64,000 bases of DNA, taken from NCBI RefSeq assembly GCF_947568905.1, contig NC_079168.1, positions 19,778,001 to 19,842,000 on the forward strand, read 5' to 3'. The number at the start of each line of letters is the position of its first letter. Position 1 is the stretch's first letter. The notes under the pieces are model-generated. The model was given only the letters and a program-made list of their open reading frames with translations, had not been told where the DNA came from and searched no databases. This document shows, one piece after another, positions 47,801 through 59,450 of this stretch. This DNA is from Ostrea edulis. Its lineage: Eukaryota. A program made the position numbers and the translations under genes.

Positions 47801-50800
47801 CGCATTAGAATTTGAGATGTCAGGTAGATCAGTTGTATATCAGTAATTTGTTATCATGAGAATTCTTTTTACTCTTTTAGGAATGAACCTATAGCTTTAT
47901 GACAGCTGCATGTTCACTGGAATGGTGTCTTAAATTGATCACAATGGGCTGGGTTTTTTGGAGACTGAGGTCTAGCATAACACATATATATTAATACTGA
48001 ACATTTCTTTGACTCAATGTTTGTCTTTTTTAGGCTTTTGGGAATGCCAAAACAGTCCACAATAATAACTCCAGTCGCTTTGGAAAATTCATCCAGGTCA
48101 ACTACAAAGAAAATGGAATGGTCCATGGGTAAGGCTTAACATTTAGGAATGGTCCATGGGTAAGGCTTAACATTTAGTAGTCTAGGTCACCTACACGTTT
48201 GTCAATGCAGTGTTCTACGAGACAAACGTCTAGGAGCATTCTACGATAAACATTTACACTCCATAACGAGGCTTATCCGAATTCTGATAAAGCAGCTGAT
48301 TGGTTGATGCATAACGATGACGGACGCAGTCGAACAGAAGATAAACAAAGTTTTATCAGATTTTAAAATCGAATTCTCGCTGAAACCTTTACAGAAAGAG
48401 TGTTTACTTAAATTAGCAAATAGGTCAGACGTGTTGGAAGTATTACCAGCAGGTTATGGGAAATCGCTATTGTATACGATTCTACCGCAATTAATGTTTG
48501 AAGAAGACCTGCATAGTAATACTAGTTCTCATGAAGTCAGCATAATTCTGGTCATATCGTCACTGGTTTCTCTAATGAAGGACCAAGTTTCGAACTTGCA
48601 AAAACACAACGTTTGCTTTCTTTAGAACAAGCGACACATAAACTGACATTTGGAACAACAGCTGTGCTCTCTGTTTTCTTCGGTGTCGCCATTTCAGTTT
48701 TTTGATAGCGCCCCCTCGCGGTGTAATATTTTTAAATAGAACGCTCCAAGGCGTTTGAGTGGGAAGTCAAACGGCTTGCGTGACCTAGGCTAAACATTTA
48801 GGGACATGATGGAAAACTTGATATGCTGAAAACAAGAGATTAAAGCCTTGCGCTAATAAAATTTGCCATTATGTCTTTTGGAATACCATAGTGGATAAAG
48901 TTGTCTCTCTGTAGCATTCTAGTACGTGTAGTTTGTGGAAAATGATATGGCATGAGTTTTGTTTGAATGCAGATGCTGGAAAGTTAGTATTACATGATGT
49001 AAACTGACCTTTGCCAAAGTTTGCTGAGATATTGTTCCGTACATAAACACATCGTAGGTCTACAAGATATTGCAGTTATTTTCACGGAACACTTTATGAA
49101 AGTGTTTCATTTAGACCAATCTCTTATGGAAGCTCTTGAGTCCAATTTTAAGAGTTATTTTAATTTTCTGTTCTAATACTCTAGTGTGTATGAGGTGCAG
49201 AGGAGGAAGTAAATTGATGGCATTCCTGACACATTGTTATGATAATTTTTATTTACGACAATAGCTTGGTAGTGTTAACAGCAGTGCTTCAGTAACCATC
49301 CAGGGCACTAGTAGTCCTAATTATGTCAGTAGGCTGTCACCGTGTACAAGCTGCATTGCAGTCTAACTCTATTAACTATATATGGATTGGTTTGTTATCT
49401 AGTGGCAGTTTGGATTCCGGATGATAACACTTTCAGTTAAGACTTGCAGGTGTAGTTGCATGTTACTTGAGGATGATCTCCAGTGTAATTGCATTCACTT
49501 TTTATAAAGGCAAGGTCATTGCTACCAGAAACACACTACATTTTACTTCAAGAAATCAAGAGCTTGGAAAGATCTAATGTTGGAGAACAATGAGTTTGCT
49601 AAACTTTCCTATTTGGTCCCTTTTTAATCCTCAATTTCACCCCTTTTAAATCAGAGCTCTGTCATATCTTATTTAAATGCTCAAAGTATGTTAAAGATGC
49701 GTTTTGAAAGTTGCGTTCTAGAGAGATTCTCAATATATTAGTTAGGTACATAATGCAAACACGTAATTAGAAAAATAATGCAAGCAGGAATATTTATTTT
49801 GGTCACAGTGAGTTACCTCTCTTTGCTCCTGTTCATCAGTTACTCTCTCCTTCATTAATAACTCAAACAGGTTATTTTTAGTGAACTTCTTAACTCTATT
49901 TTGTATCAACCCCCTTCACTTCACACCATGTGCACCACTGATTCTTGCTAGTGCACCAAGACAAAGACAAATGTTTGTTTTTTTCATTTAAAAGCTTACT
50001 TAATCTTGGAAAAATATTTAAAGTCTTCGGAAAGTGTGGAAAATTGTTCATTTGTTGATGGAAATGTCACCCAAAAATGTAAATGAATTGTCAAAGTAAC
50101 GAGTAAAATTCTACTAGTCTACACCTGCTAAAGGTCTTCTACCACAACTGCTTATTTACATCTTACAATCCCAGAATGCATTATATATTGGCAGGAAATA
50201 CAATAAACAAATTTTAAAGATTTCAGTCAAAATCCATGACCCTAAAGGTCTTCCACCACAACTGCTTATTTACATCTTACAATCCCAGAATGCATTATAT
50301 ATTGGCAGGAAATACAATAAACAAATTTTAAAGATTTCAGTCAAAATCAATGACCCTTTAAGATTGAAAAAATGAAAATGCATTATTTAAAAAAAAAAAA
50401 TGGGGGTAAAATAACTTGTGTGCTTTATTTTTCAAATATTATTATGCATTATGGCCCTGGCTGATATATATACGTAATATTGATTGAGTTGAAAGGTATA
50501 CTTCAGTGGAAAATCTGACTTCGCAAATATGGCTCTGTAAGTCTTTGTATTATTTGAATGAGAAGATGTGCAATCAGTTTAAATATATTTGCTTGTAAGA
50601 CTTTTAACAAGTTCTCTAGAACTACATATGTATAAGAAAACTAAATGCATAGTGATGTAGAGCAGGAAGGCCTCTAACAAAATTGTAAATTTCATGATCC
50701 CTGGGGTAGGGTTCTGACCCCAGGGCAGGGCCAAACTTAGTATATAGTGTTTATGTGTAGAACACTTAAACATCTTTAGTGCTATTGATATTAAATTGAA

Positions 50801-53800
50801 ACTAAATGGATATTTAGAAAGAGCAGGTGGTCCTTTACCAAAATTGTAAAATTTTACTCTGGGGTAGGGGTTCTGACCCCAGGGTGGGGCCAAACTTAGT
50901 ATATACATGTAGTATTTATGTGCAAGTTTGCTGATACTGTATAAAATCTAAATGCATATTTAGGAATAGCAGAAAAGGACGTACAAAAAATGGTGAATTT
51001 CACAACCCAGGGTTTTGACTCTAGTATGGGCCCAAATTAGTCATATCTTTTAATGTTTTAAAGTTAATACACCTATTATATTATTTAAAGTCTTTCATCA
51101 CTGCATGCACTTTTGAGGGCATTGAAGTTTTAAGAACACGTCTTGTTTTATACTGTTGCTGAACATTAGAATTTAGCTTAGATATTCAGAACAGGAATTT
51201 TTTTTCCAGATTTCATAGCCCTTGGGAGTAGTGATACCTTTTCACTAGTACTCGGGTGAGCAATAAGGCCTGTGGGCCTCTTGTTACTATTGACAAACTT
51301 TCCTAATTTTTCAGAGCAATTGTGGAAAAGTATTTACTTGAGAAATCCAGAATTGTGTCGCAAGCCAAAAATGAAAGGTAAATTTTGTGTATGTCTGTCA
51401 TCTATAACAGAGTGAATAATTTCTCATAGTACCAACATCATGAGTATAGCATTGAAATAATTACTATTCACAATATCAGAAGTATGAAAATGGCAATATG
51501 TGGTGCTTTTAGAGGGCAGGATGGTTTTTTTTTAGTAGGAATTAGACAAAGATGGGCAAGTGCCCCATTGTATGATTCACACCACAGAAACAGGAGATGA
51601 GACAACTAGCCATATCACTTTTAAAATAACTACAGCTGCTTGATTTTGCAGGAATTACCATGTGTTTTACTACCTGTTGGCTGGAGCTGATGAACAGGAA
51701 CGAGAAGCCTTACATCTGCGTAAACCTGAGGAATATCACTACCTCAGACAGGTAACACTAGGCTTCAGAAATGATAAAATTGCATTCTGACATACTGACA
51801 TTTGACCCACTGTAATGCCATATTTACACAGATAAATTGGAATAATTAATTCCTTCTGATGTTTAAATTATGATACTTTAACATTACATTCCACCAATTT
51901 TGTTAATTTCTGTGGCAGGGCCGATTTTGACCCTTCATGGACCTACTTTTTACTCATCCTTTCAAGTTGTTGTCAATTTGAAGTATTTGATTTGATAGAA
52001 TTTGATAAGTGTTGTATTTAATCAGTGACACAAACATTAGCAATGGTTAGGACCAATGTTCACAACTTAACTGAACCAGTGGCCGTGTAAAGTTACTGGT
52101 CCTATACCAGATTTGTCTGTCCTACTGGTGACTCAAAACAAAATATATAATAATACTTAATATTTGCTATTAAAAGATATTCAAGTGCTAATTTAGATTT
52201 TTGATTTATTCAAATATTCAGAAATGTTAAGACAGTGATAAATCAAAGAAGTCGGGAGTCATCATCCTCAATTGTTTCTTTAAATCTACAACATCAGTAA
52301 CATCCGACTCTTCATCTAGAATATCATTAGGTACAAGGTGGGCATTTTGGAATTTAGGCTTCCGAACTCATTCATAAAACAATTTTCAAATAAAAATTGG
52401 AAGTCATATCTATTTATTTATTTTAAATTTTACTTTTTTACCTGGTCTATAATGGGTGAAGGTCTTGTTCTTTCCATGAACCAAACATGATTTTTTTTTT
52501 TGGCTCAATGCAACAGATGTTTTAGATCTATGTATCCCCCCCCCCCCTGATTTTTTTTGTCGGTCTCACGGCGATGGTAAGGTCCACCACTGGCTATGAA
52601 TTTCAATAGAGATGCAATCTGAAATAAATGGAATATTGATTTATTCTTAGAAAAGTAGAATGAACTGTTTAATTAGGTAAGAAGCGATAGCATTAGTAAT
52701 CCATAAAACAATTGTAAGATACAAGTACATTTATAAGATTTTGTGGTTTAAAAAAAAGTGGTTAAAAATGGATTTATTGGTAAAGAAAAAGATACTCTGT
52801 GATCTATTTTGCCTGCCAGTATTGTCAGTCTGTATCTTAGTTAAATAAAGTAATAAAAGAAGAGAAAAAATACTAACGATGTATCAACACTACCTGAATT
52901 CCGAGTCAAATGGTGTATACAGGTAAAAAAGATGAGTTTGATTATGTGACTCATCACATTTACTCGTGAAAATCAGGTTAAAGTCTTCAAGCTCATGGAC
53001 TACAACTTTGCTGAAAGTAGGTCAATTGGAGCAAAACTCTTAATTTGATCACTTATCAATATAGAATCTGCAAGCATTGGGAAAATGTTTGGAAAGGAGC
53101 AACTTACTATGATGGAAGGATGGAAAGGGACAACAATATATACTATGGCCATTTTACAATTATAAAAATATATCTTTTTTATTGATTCAGTTATGAATAC
53201 TCAATAGCAAAATATTTTAAAAGATGTGAATATTTCTCTTATTGTTGCCAACATCTCATTTTATATGACAGAGTGGCTGCTATACACTCGAGGGCGAGGA
53301 TGAAGTTCATGAATTTGTACGACTCAAACAGTCCATGGAAATGGTGGGATTCTCCAGTGTCACACAGAAAAGGTATTGTCAATAGATTATACAAAGGAAA
53401 AACCTAGCCCCCCCCCCTCCCCCCCTACAATTTATTACCTCTACAACAGAATGGAAGGGTATGGTATCAGGGCTGTGTATGTGTACAATGGTGTTCGAAT
53501 AATGATACTCAATGTGTTGTAATCAAAATTTTTCTTGAATTATACATTTTTTTGGATGGAAATTCCCAAACTTTGCAGAGCCTCATTAATTTTATTAAAG
53601 ATGAAGTTTAAAACGCATATTCGGAAGTTGTTTTACATGAGTGTAAAGATAATGATGTGATTTTGTTTCACAGGATCTTCTCCGTTATGTCTGCAGTCTT
53701 GCTTCTGGGAAATGTGGAGTTCAAAAAAGTAAGCCAGTCATGATATTCATTTTCAAATTAAGATTAAAAATTATGAGGACATGTTCTTTAAGAATTGTGT

Positions 53801-56800
53801 AGAGATTATATCTATTGACTTGGATTTTAAGAAAACCATGTGCAGTTAAGATTTTTGTAAATTTATCTGATTTTTTTTTTGCAGGAATCAAAATGTTACA
53901 CTGCATTAGGTCTTTTTGATATTATTTCTGTTGAAGACTTATTGTCAAAATAACTATATGTGGTATTTTAATGTAACAGCGTATATAAATAAGTAAAACC
54001 AGACAGATGATTTAATACTTTTCCCATGCAGATACAATAGGAGACAAAAAATTATGTCAGAATTTGAAGTGATTCCTGATTGATGAGTGTGCATCAATTC
54101 AATATGACTCAATGCATGGGTTTTGAGATAATGTCTATGGACTTTGACATTACACTGATATGAAAATCAGTTTTGGGTTGAACATGTCTGGCACTTCATT
54201 AGCTCCAAGTGTAAAATGCTATGTGTGGGTATGCATTGCCCTTTTACAATTGATTTAGAGTTTAATTCATGATAGCTAAATTTACTATTAAAAGTTCAAG
54301 AATCTCATTGATATATAGAAATTAGAAATTTAAGGATAGGTAGGAGAGTGGCATGAAGAAAGTGTTTGTTCATGAATTTTCCTCATACTTGCTAAAATTG
54401 TAGTAACACCCCCTCCCACCACCCCCCACCCCCCCCCCCCCCCCCACCCCACCTCGCAAATATATCCAAATCATGTGAATGTTCTTGAAAATTTACATTG
54501 CAAAACCCAATTAATTTTCACTATTGTCAAAGACACATCAAATTTTATTTTAAAAAATGTGTTGATGATTTTTTTTTCAAAATACCTGAAATAAGATATT
54601 TCATGGATTTGATATGTCATGGGATTATAAAGTACACAAGCTAACCTCAATGTTAAACAAGGATGGCATATAACTTTGTGCTCTTGCACTGATGTAACTG
54701 TCAATTATTGTCATGAATTATTTTTCAATGCTTATATTTGAAAATTCCTTAAGACTTTACAAATCTGAATATTTCATTATTTCATCAAATTTGAAGGCGA
54801 AATTCGAGAAAAATAGAAAACTTCGCAAAATCACACTTTGGTGATTTTCTAATTCACTCGGGTTGGAGAACCTTATCATTGTGACATCACAATGTACAAA
54901 CAGCTATAATGTCATAGCCTACTTAGGCTATGATGTTATGGATAATAAAGTAACATCAGTCACGATTATGATGTGGGGTTGGAGTCTCCGATGTATTATA
55001 TTTCAATCACATGATCAGTGTCCTGCCTATCCTTAAAGGACACATCGTATGTTTTCAAAGTATATAAAATTATATGCATTTTGTCTTTTTTATGCTTATA
55101 GTAATTAATTTTAATGGTGCGTTTGTCGAAATATTGCGATAATTAGCCACAATACAGATTTGAATATGAGCCCCGATATAAAAAAAAGTCTCGTTAATTA
55201 GTTAGGTAGTCACGTGGTACAGTGACGTCATATGCGACCTTCGACAATCAACTGATAGTAAAAATAGTGTTAAGAAGTTTTAAAAACTCAGCTTTTAGGG
55301 GCCTAATTTATTCACCATGGACACCATTTATTTTGATGTTGACAAATTTCCCGAAAGTTATATGTTTTAGCCACCAGTACATTCGAATAGCGATTTAAAT
55401 ACCTAAATGCAGCGAGGAAAGCGAGTATGAAATCGGCAATTGTGAGTAAATTATAGGCCTAATATTTACATGGGTCCAAATACTATTTGGTAATGTTATT
55501 CATTTAAATATCTGTAATTGGCGTTGTTTTTCTTCTTCTTTCAAACAAACAGTGCAAAATTTATTATTTTTGGATTAGACATATTATGATACATTACATC
55601 ATTGACAACAAGGCCTACTCAGTGTCACGGGTGCATTTAGAAAATAAATTAATGAAATAATCAAATTCAACGTGGAAATCGCAATAATTTATTTCGATAA
55701 AGCAATTTTATTATTATTACTATTTTTAGCTCTTCTGAGCCGAAGGCTCAAAGAGCTAATGCTATGGCCATTTGTGCGGTGTGCGTAAACTTTTTAGAAA
55801 AAGGGCTATAACTCAAGAACCCCTTGGCCAATTTTTTTCAAATTTGTTACAGGGTATCATTGGCCCAAGGGCTTTCATACATACTAAATAGAGGGATGTG
55901 ACCCTTTAACAAGGGGAGATAATCAGGAAAATACAAACAAAAGTAGTGGTTGCTAAAAAATCTTCTTCTCAAGAACCACCGGGCAGATTATCACCAAACT
56001 TACACATAAGGATGAGGATATGTTGTAGATTAAAAATTGTTCAAGGCATTACCCTGGGGCAAAGGGCGTGGTCTCAAGGTCACTTCAAAGTTGACCTAAA
56101 TTTATATTTCCTTAAATCTTTGATATTTTAGTCATTATAAGGACTAGGATCATCAAATTTTGACAGTTGATGCATCTTAGGACCTTGTGTCAAGTTGTCT
56201 CAAAAGTAGGTCACGGTGACCTACTTTTTGAATTTTGCAGGTATTTATTTTAAAATTAATTTTGATGCATATCTTGGACACTTTGAAGCCTATGATCATC
56301 AAAACTTGTCAGTTGGTGGATCATGGGACCTTGAAATGTGTCAACTGAAAAATAGGTCACCGTGACCTACTTCTGAATTTTATGGCTTATCATTTATAGA
56401 TATATTTCAAGTTGTCATTTCAAATACCGAGAGGTTTAGAATCATCAAATCTTGTAAGTTGATGCATCTTGAGGCCTTGAAACATATTTATAAAAAAGTA
56501 GGTCACAGTGACCTACTTTTTGAAATTTGCAGATATTCAAATTTCACATTTTCAATTTTAGATGCATATTTTGGGCACTGTAAAACCTAGGATCATCAAA
56601 CTTTGTCAGTTGATGCGTCTTTAGTCTTCGGTTTGTGTCGACCAAAAAGTAGGTCACCGTGACCTACTTTTGGTATTTGACAGCTAAATTACTATATTTC
56701 AGACACTATTTGACCTACAATCATCAAACTTTGTCAGTTGATGCATCTTGAGTCTTCGGAGTGTATCGACCAAAAAGTAGGTCACTGTGACCTACTTTTG

Positions 56801-59418
56801 GCATTTGACAGTTATATTTATATATTTCAGTCACTAATTGACCTACAATCATCAAACTTTGACAGTAGATGCATCTTGAGTCTACGGAGTGTGTCGACCA
56901 AAAAGTAGGTCACCTTGACCTACTTTTGGAATTTGACGGCTATATTTATATATTTCAGATACTATTTGACCTACAGTCATCAAACTTTGTCAGTTGATGG
57001 GTCTTGCATGTTCGAAGGGTTTCGACCAAAAAGTAGGTCAACTTGACCTACTTTTGGAATTTGACGGCTATATTTATATATTTCAGATACTATTTGACCT
57101 ACAGTCATCAAACTTTGTCAGTTGTTGGGTCTTGCATGTTCAAAGGGTGTCGACCAAAAAGTAGGTCACGTTGACCTCCTTTTGGAATTGGATGGCTATA
57201 TTTATATAATTCAGATACTATTTGACCTACAGTCATCAAACTTTGTCAGTTGTTGGGTCTTGCATGTTTGAAGGTTGTTGATGAAAAAGTAGGTCACCTT
57301 GACCTACTTTTGGAATTTGACGGCTATATTTATATATTCCAGATACTATTTGACCTACAGTCATCAAACTTTGTCAGTTGATGGGTCTTGCATGTTCGGA
57401 GTTCGCTGACCAAAAAGTAGGTCAGCATGACCTACGATTGGAATTTGACAGCTATATTTCAATATTCAGATACTAATTGGCTTAAAATCATCAAACTTTG
57501 TCAGTTGATATTTCTTGGGTTCTCAAAATGTGTAAACCAAAAAGTAGGTCACATTGACCTACTTTTTTGAATTCTTAGGATTTAACTAAAGATTTAGAAT
57601 ACTAAGAGGCTAAGAATAGAAATGGTGGGGTTGTACAATTTATCAGAAGAGCGATTCTAGGCCCTTGGGCCTCTTGTTGAATTTTGATCTACATGTCGTT
57701 AGGATCTGGGATCACGACACTATTCTCTATTTGATATTACGAGTTCATTAAAAAAAAAATTAAAGCATTATAATTTAATTTAAAGTTAGGAAATACAATA
57801 TTTTATTATTTATGATTGAAAGTTCACTATCTTTTATCTTTAAAATTTTTGTAAATCTACCAGTTGGTAGAAACTAGGAGCACAAGTTAGTTGTTAAAGG
57901 TGAAGGTCAGTTGGTGCATGTGTGTATTGAAGACCAAAACAAAATGCTGAACAGTGCTTATAGCTTCGATATAACCATTTCATCGCAATATATCTGGGTC
58001 TCTGTACAACTGGTTTTTGAAAAAGTATATGGACAAAGGCGAATGGCAAAGTCCTTGCACCGACAAAAAAACTGTCCAGATATTTCCCTCATACATTCCT
58101 TCGAAAAATGGAGAAAAACTCAGTCTAAATCTTTCTACTGACAGCTAGTACATCCTTAAATGGCACAAAACACCCCTATGCAATGTTATTTAGATGCTGT
58201 TAATGTGATAATTGGAGTTTTTTGTCATTAAATCTAATCTGTTTATGAAATGGCTAACAACTGTTTTCAAACCCTCTCGCTCGAGGTTACATATGACGTC
58301 ACACATAATGGTGTGTAAAATATCGAAATAAATATGTATATCATAAGATTTGAATTTCATCGCTTTCAAACTCAAAAACTACACTATATGTTTCATTTAA
58401 AACACATCTAACGTAGTTTTAGGCATGAAAAGAATTAATTTTGCTGAAAAAATAAAGTTTAGAAACCTGGGATGTGTCCTCTAATAGATCGAGCTTGTTT
58501 TCTTGTTTTAGAAAGGGGACCAGCATCATGATGAGAGTGTTACCATTAAACACCAGACTGTTATACAAACTATATCAAGTATTCTGAAGGTGAGTGTAAG
58601 TTAGTCACTGATGTTTAGACAAGGAACATCTAATTGCTATAGCTGCAATAATGTAGCCCTATCCAATTTTTTTTATTCTGACATTTTCGGGATAGGGCTA
58701 CAATTCCATAGGATCTCCGTAATGGTGCAAAATAATTTTATGAATAACCGATAATAAACTCTGTGTATTAGTCCCAAATGTTGTTTACACCAAAAGGAGT
58801 ACCAACTTTGTGCTCGGGCATGTCTAATAAACGTGTTTTTCATTAAATATAATGTACAGCATGCAAAATTCTTCGTCTGCTCCGCCATGCTTGTTATCGC
58901 GAGATCTCGTAGGTGGATCTAATGAAAAACCTAAACATTGACAATCAGCGCGAAAATGTAGTTACTCGAGCCACTTCGACAAAGAAAGGAAAATCATATT
59001 GTTGCAGAAAGAATTTACACTCTGCTGTTCGGTTTTTAACTTGATATTAAATTCAAACCTTTTCAATACCGACGAAATAGCTTTCGCCTCTATACTTGTC
59101 CATTGATGTAAATACTACCTTATATGGCATATGCAAATGACTTGACAATCGGAAGTTGAAACTTCAGTACATCAAACATGGCGCACAAATATGAATCGAA
59201 ATTGGAATTTATCGAAATTGTTGAAAACGGTAGAATAGAGCCTCATAAATCTAAAGTTGCAGGTTGTAAATTTATATATTGACTAAGAAACATAGAATAT
59301 CATTTTATTTACGTAAAGAAAGTCAGGAAATGTTTAGAATGAGCGCAAATGTTGCGGGAGTGAATCACTCCCGCATTTGCACCATTACGGAGATCCTAAG
59401 GAGTGGTAGCCCTCTCCC

Positions 59419-59450
<32 letters not shown>

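Noticed and set aside
56202-57566. CRISPR-like array (palindromic repeat with intervening sequence)
   Set aside because: The intervening segments are homologous to each other rather than unique spacers, there are no cas genes, and the array lies inside a eukaryotic HINE.
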